From Planctomycetota bacterium (lineage in GTDB: Bacteria; Planctomycetota; UBA1135; JACQFD01): 64,000 nucleotides of DNA. Under the pieces are notes generated by a model. It was not told the DNA's origin. It did not search any database and was given only the letters and a program-made list of their open reading frames with translations. Positions 55,146-64,000 of this stretch are shown piece by piece. Every line of letters starts with the position of its first letter. Within the stretch, counting starts at the first letter, position 1. The DNA lies in NCBI GenBank assembly GCA_016200225.1, contig JACQFD010000025.1, positions 23,184 to 87,183 of the forward strand, in the 5' to 3' direction. The position numbers were made by a program, and so were the translations under genes.

Positions 55146-56513
55146 TTATTTTTTCAGTTGCGAAAGCGCCGCGGCGCAGAGTGCGCGCGCACCGGTTTCG
55201 ATGGTCGGATGCATCGCCGGCGCGTACTGGCTCGAATGCAGCGACGGCAGCGGCTTGCCGGCGGCATCATATTCTTTAATTTTACTTTCGGGGACCGCGC
55301 CGAGCCATAACATGAAACAGGGAATATCATGATTCGGCAAACTGTAAAATCCAAAATCCTCGGCGCCGAGCACGGGCGACTGTTCGACGACGTTTCCGGC
55401 GCCGAATTGCTCCCGAAGCGCGGGCAGCGTTCTTGCAACGAGGTCCGGATGATTGAACGTCGAGGGAACGAATTCGTCCGGGTGCAAATCCACGACGGGC
55501 GCGAGTTCCTTCGGAAAACCGGCCGCCGCCGCGGTTCCCGCCGCGACGCGCTCGATGCCTTTTAATAATGTCTCGCGCGTTTTACTACTATAAGATCGGA
55601 CGGTTAATTGTAACTTAACCTCGTCCGGAATAATATTATGTTTCGATCCTCCGTGGATCGAGCCGACGGTGATCACGGCGGGCTCGCCGGGAGCCGTTTC
55701 GCGGCTGACGATCGTTTGGAATGCAAGAATCATTTGCGACGAGAGCACGATCGGATCCTTGCACGACTGCGGATAGGCCCCGTGGCCTCCCGCGCCGCGA
55801 ACTGTTATATCGACGGTATCCGCGTTCGCAAGCGCATAGCCGCTGACGAATCCTACTTTTCCGGCGGCCAGCGTCGAACTGCAGTGCAGCGCGAAGGCCG
55901 CGTCCGGTTTTGGAAACTTATCATATAATCCCGCGCGCAGCATGGCTTCGGCGCCGCCCGGCGCGCGTTCCTCGGACGGCTGCGCGACCAATATTACAGT
56001 TCCTTTCCAGTGCGCGCGCAACGCGGCGAGCGCGCGCGCAGCGCCGACGAGCGCGGTCATGTGCATGTCGTGGCCGCACGCGTGCATCACGGAGACCTGC
56101 GTGCCCGAGTCATTTGTTGTTTTCACCGCGCTCGCATAGGGAAGTCCGGTTTTCTCCTCGACCGGCAGCGCGTCCATGTCGGCGCGAACCAAGACGACCG
56201 GGCCCTCGCCGTTTCTTAAGATTCCAACGACTCCGTGGGATTTCCGCGCCGGATCGTTATATTTACCAAAATCGCGCGTTATTTCAAATCCCGCTTTTTC
56301 GAGTTCGCCCGCGACGCGCGCCGAAGTCCGCTCCTCGCAGTAGGAGAGTTCCGGATTCGTATGAAACTCGAGGTAGAGTTTTTCGAGCGACGCGCTCTCG
56401 CGGGCCACCGCCTCGGCGATCCGATCCTGCGGACGCGCCGCCGGGGAACAAATGGATACAATCGACAAAAATATTATAATTCCGGAAATCCGGCGCGCGT
56501 GCATCGTGAACAT
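55146..56513 (-). CDS. M20D family amidohydrolase
   Basis: RADMDALP, MHACGHD, QPSEE, GGHGA and GAEDF; signal peptide. Confidence 0.93.
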   Translation of the reverse strand: MFTMHARRISGIIIFLSIVSICSPAARPQDRIAEAVARESASLEKLYLEFHTNPELSYCEERTSARVAGELEKAGFEITRDFGKYNDPARKSHGVVGILRNGEGPVVLVRADMDALPVEEKTGLPYASAVKTTNDSGTQVSVMHACGHDMHMTALVGAARALAALRAHWKGTVILVAQPSEERAPGGAEAMLRAGLYDKFPKPDAAFALHCSSTLAAGKVGFVSGYALANADTVDITVRGAGGHGAYPQSCKDPIVLSSQMILAFQTIVSRETAPGEPAVITVGSIHGGSKHNIIPDEVKLQLTVRSYSSKTRETLLKGIERVAAGTAAAAGFPKELAPVVDLHPDEFVPSTFNHPDLVARTLPALREQFGAGNVVEQSPVLGAEDFGFYSLPNHDIPCFMLWLGAVPESKIKEYDAAGKPLPSLHSSQYAPAMHPTIETGARALCAAALSQLKK

Positions 56514-56522
56514 GCGCTCAAC

Positions 56523-57005
56523 TTAATGAACGGCCGGCACAGGCGCAACTCCTCGCAGGAAACCATCGAATACCGCGACGTGATCCGCCTCGGCCTGTTC
56601 CATTTTCATTAGCAAAGGCGCCATGTGCGGACAGCCCGCGGCGCGCGCGAGTCGCGCCGCCGTCGCGTATTGTTCGACATTGACGCGTTCGAGCAACCAT
56701 GCGCAAAACATCGGAAGTCGCCGGCCGCTCACAAAACATAACCTTTCGAGCGCGCTCCCGATCGCTAACATTCCAATTTCGTGAAGCGGCAGCGTTCCCG
56801 CGCCGAGTTCGTCGAGCATCGCGCCCAGTTTCGCGCGATGTTCCCATTCGTCGCGTTCAATATGAACAATCGCGTCGCGTTCTATAATATTTCGAACCGA
56901 GGCTGCGTGGCCGCGGTAAGCGATCGCCGCGCCGCGTTCGGCCGCGTGGGCTTTTTGTAAAATTCGAACGAGCGCGGCGCGCGCTTTCCGGCGATTCGCT
57001 TCCAT
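56523..57005 (-). CDS. Ferritin-like domain protein (Coq7/demethoxyubiquinone hydroxylase-like)
   Basis: AERGAAIAYRGH, with DEWEH and EADH ExxH pairs. Confidence 0.75.
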   Translation of the reverse strand: MEANRRKARAALVRILQKAHAAERGAAIAYRGHAASVRNIIERDAIVHIERDEWEHRAKLGAMLDELGAGTLPLHEIGMLAIGSALERLCFVSGRRLPMFCAWLLERVNVEQYATAARLARAAGCPHMAPLLMKMEQAEADHVAVFDGFLRGVAPVPAVH

Positions 57006-57209
57006 GGGAAACGGAATCGCAAACGTTGTACCGCGCGTCCCGCGCGCCGGAGTCGAGGCGGCGCTTGCGTCTCCGCCGCTCGGGCGAAACGCGCCGCGGA
57101 CGCGCGAGCGCGGACAAATCCTTCGGAGTGGGCGCCTTTCCCGAATGGCCGCAACCGCGGTAGGATGTCGAAATCGACGTCCGCAGACCCCCCTGAATCG
57201 AGGAATTCC

Positions 57210-59651
57210 ATGCGTTTGACATTACAATTGACTCTGGGATCGTTATTATTAATAAACACCGCGGCGGCGCAGGAGAGTTATAAATTACCGCCCGACGACG
57301 TCGCGAAATTGATCGATTCGGCGGTGCCGCCGACAATGCACATGAGCCCGGATCGCGCGCATTTATTATTTCTCGAACGCGCGCCGCTTCCTTCTATTCA
57401 GGACATCTCGCGGCGAATGTTGAGACTGGCCGGGTCGCGCATCGATCCGGCGTGCAATGGCGCGTTCCGGACGCAATACGATCATACGATTTGGTACCGG
57501 CCTCTCGAGGATGCGGATAATAAACACAAGATCAAGATTACCGTTCCAAAGGGCGCCCGTATCGGCGGCGTTTCCTGGTCGCACGATTCCAAGAATTTCG
57601 TGTTTACGAACGCGACCGACGAAGGCACGGAATTATATGTATCATCCGTGGAACACCCCGACGCCCCGAGATTATTGACAAATCGATTGAATTCGGTCAC
57701 GGGATCGCCGTTCGATTGGATGCCCGACGGCAAGTCCCTTTTATGTAAATTAGTCCCCGAAAAGCGCGGACCGGAGCCGGCGATCGCGCGCGTGCCCGGC
57801 GGGCCGACGATTCAGGAGACGTCCGGCAACAAATCGCCGGTGCGGACGTTTCAGGATTTATTAACAAACGCATCCGACGAGGCTCTTTATGAATATTACG
57901 CGACTTCGCAGCTCGCGTATGTTCCGATCGACGGCGGAGCCATTCGAAATGTCGGAGAATCGAGAATTTATATGAATGTCGAGCCGTCGCCCGACGGCAA
58001 ACAAATCCTTTCGAACTCGATCCACCGCCCCTATTCGTACCTTTTCCCGGCAAACGAATTTCCAACGACGATTGAAGTGTTGGATTCGACGGGAAAACAA
58101 ATATATCTCGTCGCGGAGGTTCCGATCGCGGAGAACATTCCGATCGAAGGCGTCCGAACGGGGCCGCGAAATTGTTCATGGAAAACCGGCGAGCCCGCGA
58201 CGTTGCTTTGGGTCGAGGCGCTCGACGGCGGCGACCCGCGGACAAAAGCGGAGTATCGGGACAAGATAATTACACTTGCATCGCCGTTCGCGGGCGCGCC
58301 CGCGGAAATATTAAAAATCCAACAACGGCTCCGCGGCATCGGTTATATGCAGGATCCGAAACTGTTGACCGTGACCGATTACGACCGCGACAAGCGCTGG
58401 ACGCGGACGCGAATATACAATACTGCCGATTCCAAGTCGAAACCCGTCGTTCTCGACGATCGCAGCCAGAACGATCGATATAAAGATCCGGGCGCCATCC
58501 TCACGCGGCCAGACTCGAGCGGCCGCCGCGTCGCGCTCGAACATGAAGGTTATATTTACAGATCCGGCGCGGGCGCGACGCCGAACGGCGAACGTCCGAT
58601 GCTCTCGCGGCAGTCCGTCGGCGACGGAAAATTGGAGGAATTGTGGCGTTGCGAGGAGGGATGTTACGAATCCGTCGTCGACGTCGCGGCTTTCGGAGTT
58701 CATGGACAACTTTCGGTCATCACGAGACACGAAACGCCGACGATGCCGCCGAATTATCGCATGCGCGGCCTCGGCGTTTCCGGAAATAACATAAATCAAA
58801 TTACAAACGACGCGGATCCCCAGCCGCAAATTCGAGGTATCAAAAAACAGCTCGTAAAATATAAACGTCCCGACGGCGTCGAGCTTTCGGCGACGTTGTA
58901 CACACCGGCCGATTATAAGGAAGGGACGCGCCTGCCGCTCGTCGTCTGGGCGTATCCGCTCGAATTTAACGATGCGTCGACCGCCGGTCAGGTGAGCGGG
59001 AGTCCCAACCGATTCACGCGCATCGCTGGATTATCTCATTTAACATTTTTGACGCAGGGCTACGCCGTGATGGACAACGCGACGATGCCAATCGTCGGCG
59101 ATCCCGAGACGATGAATGATACATTTATCGAGCAAGTTGTAGCATCCGCGAAAGCGGCGATCGACAAAGCGGTCGAGATGGGCGTGGCGGATCGCAACCG
59201 CGCCGGCGTGGGCGGCCACAGTTACGGCGCGTTCATGACGGCCAACCTGCTCGCGCACTGCGATTTGTTCAAAGCGGGATGCGCGCGAAGCGGCGCTTAT
59301 AACAGAACGCTGACGCCGTTCGGTTTTCAATCGGAACGGCGCTCGCTCTGGGAAGCGCCGAAGATTTACAACGATTTGTCGCCGTTCATGTTTGCAAACA
59401 AAGTCAGCGCTCCTTTATTAATGATTCACGGCGAGGCCGACAGCAATCAGGGCACGTTTCCGATCCAGTCGCAGCGGATGTTCGCAGCGCTGAAAGGCAA
59501 CGGCAAAACCGCGCGATTGGTATTATTACCGAACGAAGATCATGGTTACACTGCGCGCGAGTCAGTGATGCACGTGCAGGCTGAAATGATCGGTTGGTTC
59601 GATAAATATGTCAAAAACGCGCAACAGCACGGCGAATCGCGCGAAAAGTAA
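57210..59651 (+). CDS. S9 family (prolyl oligopeptidase/glutamyl peptidase-like) serine peptidase
   Basis: GAGG RBS, signal peptide, GGHSYGAFM, IHGEAD and EDHGY. Confidence 0.93.
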   Translation: MRLTLQLTLGSLLLINTAAAQESYKLPPDDVAKLIDSAVPPTMHMSPDRAHLLFLERAPLPSIQDISRRMLRLAGSRIDPACNGAFRTQYDHTIWYRPLEDADNKHKIKITVPKGARIGGVSWSHDSKNFVFTNATDEGTELYVSSVEHPDAPRLLTNRLNSVTGSPFDWMPDGKSLLCKLVPEKRGPEPAIARVPGGPTIQETSGNKSPVRTFQDLLTNASDEALYEYYATSQLAYVPIDGGAIRNVGESRIYMNVEPSPDGKQILSNSIHRPYSYLFPANEFPTTIEVLDSTGKQIYLVAEVPIAENIPIEGVRTGPRNCSWKTGEPATLLWVEALDGGDPRTKAEYRDKIITLASPFAGAPAEILKIQQRLRGIGYMQDPKLLTVTDYDRDKRWTRTRIYNTADSKSKPVVLDDRSQNDRYKDPGAILTRPDSSGRRVALEHEGYIYRSGAGATPNGERPMLSRQSVGDGKLEELWRCEEGCYESVVDVAAFGVHGQLSVITRHETPTMPPNYRMRGLGVSGNNINQITNDADPQPQIRGIKKQLVKYKRPDGVELSATLYTPADYKEGTRLPLVVWAYPLEFNDASTAGQVSGSPNRFTRIAGLSHLTFLTQGYAVMDNATMPIVGDPETMNDTFIEQVVASAKAAIDKAVEMGVADRNRAGVGGHSYGAFMTANLLAHCDLFKAGCARSGAYNRTLTPFGFQSERRSLWEAPKIYNDLSPFMFANKVSAPLLMIHGEADSNQGTFPIQSQRMFAALKGNGKTARLVLLPNEDHGYTARESVMHVQAEMIGWFDKYVKNAQQHGESREK

Positions 59652-59652
59652 A

Positions 59653-60876
59653 TTATCGATTCGGTTTCTTCGACCGCGACAGCGTCGACGTGAGCGGCGT
59701 CTGCTGCCGGGGCATCGTGATGGAAAAGACGGCGCCGCCGTTGCGATGATTTTCAACGCCGATCGTGCCGCCGTGGGCTTCCGTATTTTTGCGGCAAATC
59801 GCGAGTCCGAGGCCGGTGCCGCGCGCTTTTGTAGTAAAGAACGGATTGAAAATGCGCGCGACGTGCGGCTCGGGAACGCCCGGCCCGGAATCGTGTACTC
59901 GTATAATTGCAAATTCGCCCGAGGACTCGAATATAAGTTCGATCCGCCCCTGTCCGTCCGTCGCGTCGCAGGCGTTTTCGAGCAGATTCTGGAATACTTG
60001 ATACAAAAGACGCTCGTCACAGTCGACGTGAATTTCGTCGACGCCGCTCGTCACGATTTCGATATTTTCAAATCGCGGATCTTCGCGGAGTATTCCAGCG
60101 AGCGACGTTATTAACGATCGCAATTCGCGTTTTTCGAAGACCGGATTTTCGGGACGGGCGAATCTTAGTAAATCGCGCACGGTCGCGTCGAGCCGTCGGA
60201 TTTGCGTCGCCATACGGATGAGGATTTCGTGTCGCGGATCGCCGGTGTCGGTTTGTTTAATTAATATTTGCGACGCGCCGTGAATGCCCGCGAGCGGATT
60301 CTTTATTTCATGCGCGACGGTCGCCGCGAGTTCGCCGAGCATCGCGAGACTGCGCGCTCTCGACAACTCCTGTTCCACTTTCGCCTGTTCGCTGACGTCG
60401 CGCAGGATCGCGGTCCAACCGACGATTTCGCCTCTCGCGTCGCGGAGCGCCGAACGCGATAAAGATACAATTCGCTCCGCGCCGTGTTTCGTGACGCGCC
60501 GCGTGAGATGGTTTCTTAATGTTCCATGTTCGTTCGTGAGTTGTTCGAGGGATTCGAGCTCGCCCGAAGCCTTCAAATCCTCCGGTAGTAATAAATCATA
60601 ATAAGCGCCGGTCGCCTCTTCGCGCGTGTAGCCGAACATTTCGGTCGCGCCGCGGTTCCAAAGGCGGATGCGGCGATTTCGGTCGATAAATAATATCGCA
60701 TCGGGGGTCGCGTCGACGAGCGCTTCGAGCGCGATGGGCTCCGACCCGAGCGATCCGCCGATATTATCTAAAAAAAACCGCGCGCCCTGCGCGTCCGCGC
60801 CGCCGGTTTCGGAGAGGGGCGCGTTTGGATTGCGTCCGGGATCGGTAGTATCGGGCGAAGGGGACATCGGATCCAA
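59653..60876 (-). CDS. Cytoplasmic PAS-domain histidine kinase (NtrB-like)
   Basis: PAS domain (WNRGATEMFGY), AHEIKNPL, NLLENA, DSGPG and FFTTK.GTGLGL. Confidence 0.93.
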   Translation of the reverse strand: MDPMSPSPDTTDPGRNPNAPLSETGGADAQGARFFLDNIGGSLGSEPIALEALVDATPDAILFIDRNRRIRLWNRGATEMFGYTREEATGAYYDLLLPEDLKASGELESLEQLTNEHGTLRNHLTRRVTKHGAERIVSLSRSALRDARGEIVGWTAILRDVSEQAKVEQELSRARSLAMLGELAATVAHEIKNPLAGIHGASQILIKQTDTGDPRHEILIRMATQIRRLDATVRDLLRFARPENPVFEKRELRSLITSLAGILREDPRFENIEIVTSGVDEIHVDCDERLLYQVFQNLLENACDATDGQGRIELIFESSGEFAIIRVHDSGPGVPEPHVARIFNPFFTTKARGTGLGLAICRKNTEAHGGTIGVENHRNGGAVFSITMPRQQTPLTSTLSRSKKPNR

Positions 60877-60892
60877 TAATTATATATTAATT

Positions 60893-61312
60893 TCAGAGGC
60901 CGCGCACGAGCCGCGCGTGATCCTGAAATATGCAACGTCCCACGACCGTTACAAGGCCCGCGGCCCGCGCATCGGCGGCGGCTTCCTCGTTTTCCGCGCC
61001 CTCCTGCATCCAGACGGCGCGCGCGTTCTTAATGATGGCGGCCCGGACCACGTCCGGCACGTGCCGCGGCGAGCGGAATATGTTAACGATATCGATCGCG
61101 CCCGGGACGTCCGCCAGTGTTTTATAACAAATCTTGCCGAGTCCGAGTTCGAGCCCCGGATTGACCGGAATGACGCGGTATCCGTTTTGTTGTAAATATT
61201 CCGCGATCCAGTGGCTCGGGCGCGCGGGATTCTTGGAAAAACCGACGACCGCGATGGTTTTCGATTCTTGAAGTAGCGCGCGCAGCGAGTTGTCGTCGGG
61301 GTTGGTCGTCAT
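60893..61312 (-). CDS. CoA-binding protein (YccU-like)
   Basis: TIAVVGFS..RPS, VIPVNP and VWMQEG. Confidence 0.9.
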   Translation of the reverse strand: MTTNPDDNSLRALLQESKTIAVVGFSKNPARPSHWIAEYLQQNGYRVIPVNPGLELGLGKICYKTLADVPGAIDIVNIFRSPRHVPDVVRAAIIKNARAVWMQEGAENEEAAADARAAGLVTVVGRCIFQDHARLVRGL

Positions 61313-61336
61313 GCGAGCGTCTCCGCGGTCTGCAAT

Positions 61337-62131
61337 CTAAAGATTTCGAATCCAAATATTACGATAACGGACGGGGTTGCCGTGGTCTTGTAACAACAAC
61401 GGTTCCTTTGCCGCGTGCGGAACGTACTTGCCGACCGCGCGGTGCGCCGTGGCGCCGATGAACTCGTCCGCGTGATGCACGACGACGCCGTTGTGGAGGA
61501 CCGTCGCGCGCCCGGGGGCCGTTACCTTTTCGCCGTCGAATCGCGGCGCATTGAATATAATATCATAAACCTGCCATTCGCCCGGCTTGCGGCATGCGTT
61601 GACGAGCGGCGGAAGCTGGCCGTACATCGCCGCGGCCTGTCCGTCGGCGTAGGTTTCGTTTTGATAAGAATCGAGAACTTGTATTTCGTAACGGCCCATT
61701 AAGTAAACTCCGCTGTTGCCGCGTCCCTGAGAATCGCCCTCGGGTTTCGACGGCGACGCCCATTCGACGTGGAGTTGACAATCGCCGAACGCGTCTTTTG
61801 TATGAATATCGCCGGTGCCGTTCACGGTCATCACGCCGTTTTCGACCGCCCACTTCGCGTCGCCGTTCGCCGCGCTCCATTTTGATAGTTCCTTTCCGTC
61901 GAAAAGTACAATTGCGTCGGAGGGCGCCGCGGACGCGTCGCCGGGCGTTATAACAGGTGGACGCGGCCGTTTCGAATCGTGCACGCGCCACTTGCCGTCG
62001 GGGAGCATCGGCGTGTCGTCGTAACCGACCTTGTGATCCTGCGCGGCCGACGCGTGGAGAATGCCGCCCGCGAGCAGCGCGGGAATCGAAATAATTAGAA
62101 TAAGCGCTATATTGTGCCGGAGCGTGTTCAT
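61337..62131 (-). CDS. DUF1080 / 3-keto-disaccharide hydrolase family protein
   Basis: LFDGK, GNSGVYL, YEIQVLDS and LQDHGNPVRYRNIWIR. Confidence 0.92.
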   Translation of the reverse strand: MNTLRHNIALILIISIPALLAGGILHASAAQDHKVGYDDTPMLPDGKWRVHDSKRPRPPVITPGDASAAPSDAIVLFDGKELSKWSAANGDAKWAVENGVMTVNGTGDIHTKDAFGDCQLHVEWASPSKPEGDSQGRGNSGVYLMGRYEIQVLDSYQNETYADGQAAAMYGQLPPLVNACRKPGEWQVYDIIFNAPRFDGEKVTAPGRATVLHNGVVVHHADEFIGATAHRAVGKYVPHAAKEPLLLQDHGNPVRYRNIWIRNL

Positions 62132-62254
62132 GAGCGATATAAATTATTGAATGCCGAAGAATCCAAACGATTGCGGACGGATGATCGTTAAATTTAATGA
62201 AAGAATTCCCGTCTCTCCCGTTCGTCCTGAAAATTAATTATCAAATCCGTCGAT

Positions 62255-62331
62255 TGGTCGGGGTGACAGGACTTGAACCTGCGGCCTGAGCGTCCCAAAC
62301 GCTCCGCTCTAGCCATCTGAGCTACACCCCG
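62255..62331 (-). tRNA. tRNA-Pro(TGG)
   Basis: CGGGGTG...CACCCCG-A-CCA with anticodon loop TTTGGGA. Confidence 0.95.
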
Positions 62332-62485
62332 TCGATGGGCTCACAGATTACCGAATTTTCTCTCGCGAGACACCGCCCCTGGGACGCCAGGCACGCGATC
62401 GGCGCGCTGCGCGCCTCGAAGGTTGATTGACCGCGAGGCGTGGAATCGCGATTCTCGTCTCACCTGAAACCCATTTCGTAGCTCA

Positions 62486-63766
62486 ATGAAAATTCTCGTA
62501 GTCGGCGGTGGCGGCCGCGAACACGCCCTGTGCTGGAAAATTGCCAAGTCGCCGAAGGTGAAGCATCTCTTTTGCGCGCCGGGCAACGCCGGCATCGCCC
62601 AAGTTGCGCAGTGCGTGCCGATTTCCGCCCGCGATATTGCGCAAATCGCCGACTTCGCCGTGCGCGAAAAAATCGATCTCGTCGTGGTCGGTCCCGAGGA
62701 GCCGCTCTGCGCCGGTCTCGCCGATTTATTACAAAAACGCGAAATCCGCTGTTTCGGTCCGTCGGCCGCGGCCGCCGAAATCGAGGGTTCGAAGGTTTTT
62801 TGTAAAGATCTGCTCCGCCGCCATCGCGTTCCGACGCCCGGATTCCAAACATTCAACGATACAAATCAGGCGATCGCTTTTCTCGAAGCTCAGGACGAAT
62901 TTCCGATCGTCGTGAAGGCCTCCGGTCTCGCGGCCGGCAAAGGCGTCACGATTTGTAATGATCGAAACGAAGCAAAGCTGCTTGTAAAGAAAATGCTCGA
63001 ACTGCGCTCGCTCGGCGACGCGGGATCGCAAATCGTGATCGAGGAATTCGTCAAGGGCTCGGAGATTTCCGTGCTCGCGCTGACCGACGGCAATGCGATA
63101 TTGCCGCTCGAACCGGCGCGCGATCATAAACGTTTGAAGGACGGCGACGCGGGTCCCAACACCGGCGGCATGGGCGTCATTTGTCCGGTTCCGACGCCCC
63201 ATCGCTTTCGTTTACAAATCGAACAACAAATCCTGCTTCCGGTCGTCCACGCGATGAATCGCGAGAATCGTAAATTCAAGGGCGTCCTCTATGCGGGGCT
63301 CATCCTGAGTCCGAAGGGTCCGATGGTGCTCGAATTTAACTGTAGATTCGGCGATCCCGAGGCGCAGGGAATATTATTAAGATTCGCCGATGATATTGTT
63401 CCGTATCTCGAGGCCGTGGCCGACGGCACGCTCGAAAAATGCGAGGGGCCGCGTTTCGATCCGCGCGTTTCCGTCACGGTCGTCGCCGCGTCTCCCGGTT
63501 ATCCCGACAATCCCGAGACAGGCCTTCCGATCGCCGGACTCCAATCGATCGACGAGGACGACACGCTGCGTGTTTTCCACGCGGGGACAAAGTTGAGCGA
63601 AGGAAAATTTGTAACAACCGGCGGCCGCGTGCTCGCCGTCTCCGCGCTCGGCGCCGATCTGATGGAAGCGCGCGCGCGCGCGTACGACGCGATGGATGCA
63701 ATCAAATTCGTCGGAAAACAGATCCGCCGCGATATTGGTATACGCGAATTGGCGGACGCAACGTAA
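62486..63766 (+). CDS. purD: Phosphoribosylamine-glycine ligase
   Basis: MKILVVGGGGREHAL, APGNAG, GPNTGGMG and EFNCRFGDPE. Confidence 0.97.
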   Translation: MKILVVGGGGREHALCWKIAKSPKVKHLFCAPGNAGIAQVAQCVPISARDIAQIADFAVREKIDLVVVGPEEPLCAGLADLLQKREIRCFGPSAAAAEIEGSKVFCKDLLRRHRVPTPGFQTFNDTNQAIAFLEAQDEFPIVVKASGLAAGKGVTICNDRNEAKLLVKKMLELRSLGDAGSQIVIEEFVKGSEISVLALTDGNAILPLEPARDHKRLKDGDAGPNTGGMGVICPVPTPHRFRLQIEQQILLPVVHAMNRENRKFKGVLYAGLILSPKGPMVLEFNCRFGDPEAQGILLRFADDIVPYLEAVADGTLEKCEGPRFDPRVSVTVVAASPGYPDNPETGLPIAGLQSIDEDDTLRVFHAGTKLSEGKFVTTGGRVLAVSALGADLMEARARAYDAMDAIKFVGKQIRRDIGIRELADAT

Positions 63767-63794
63767 GCATCCTATTATCTGGCGATCCGCCGAC

Positions 63795-64000
63795 ATGAAA
63801 AAAGCCCGCGAGATCTTTATAGAACTCCTCCGAAAGGACGGTCTGCGCCTCACGCGGCAGCGCGAAGCATTATTAAATGCGGTTTTTTCGACGCATCGCC
63901 ATTTCAGCGCGGAAGAGTTGTATCGCGATCTCGAAAAAGACGGCCACGGCGTCTCGATCGCCACGATTTACCGATCGTTAACTTTGTTGGTCGAAGGCGG
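63795..64000 (+). CDS. fur: Fur family transcriptional regulator, 3'-truncated by the window edge
   Basis: Not in the ORF track. Translates as MKKAREIF...GLRLTRQR...HFSAEELY...VSIATIYRSLTLL. Confidence 0.88.
   Translation, partial: MKKAREIFIELLRKDGLRLTRQREALLNAVFSTHRHFSAEELYRDLEKDGHGVSIATIYRSLTLLVEG

Noticed and set aside
1-64000. CRISPR arrays, IS elements, reverse transcriptase/DGR
   Set aside because: No regularly spaced repeats, transposase or RT motifs were seen.

Overview
A 64-kb window of a GC-rich bacterial chromosome, probably an uncultured Planctomycetota. This is inferred from the PVC-type heme protein, membrane-fused ECF sigma factors, DUF1080 and a pseudopilin-like protein. It holds about 46 protein genes and two tRNAs (Arg-TCT, Pro-TGG); I saw no integrase, transposase, rRNA or CRISPR. 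The centrepiece is a 12-kb minus-strand redox locus (13588-25779). It encodes, in order: a beta-barrel porin, a 13-heme cytochrome, a c554-like tetraheme, a NapC/NirT-type 12-heme protein, a Rieske protein, cytochrome b, a HAO-like octaheme, a 1148-aa octaheme lipoprotein and a HEAT-like protein. That is about 45 c-heme motifs, with two sigma-54-like promoters, and looks like a complete quinone-to-cell-surface electron conduit. Other highlights are a 160-nt rod-like inverted repeat with G.U wobble bias and its own -10 box (41747-41906, candidate ncRNA), a pseudoknot/switch-like leader before a B12 radical SAM gene, a C-terminal domain shared by three unrelated secreted proteins (candidate sorting signal), two ECF-TM-extracytoplasmic fusions and several apparent pseudoenzymes. 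All calls come from reading motifs by eye; no database searches or folding programs were run.
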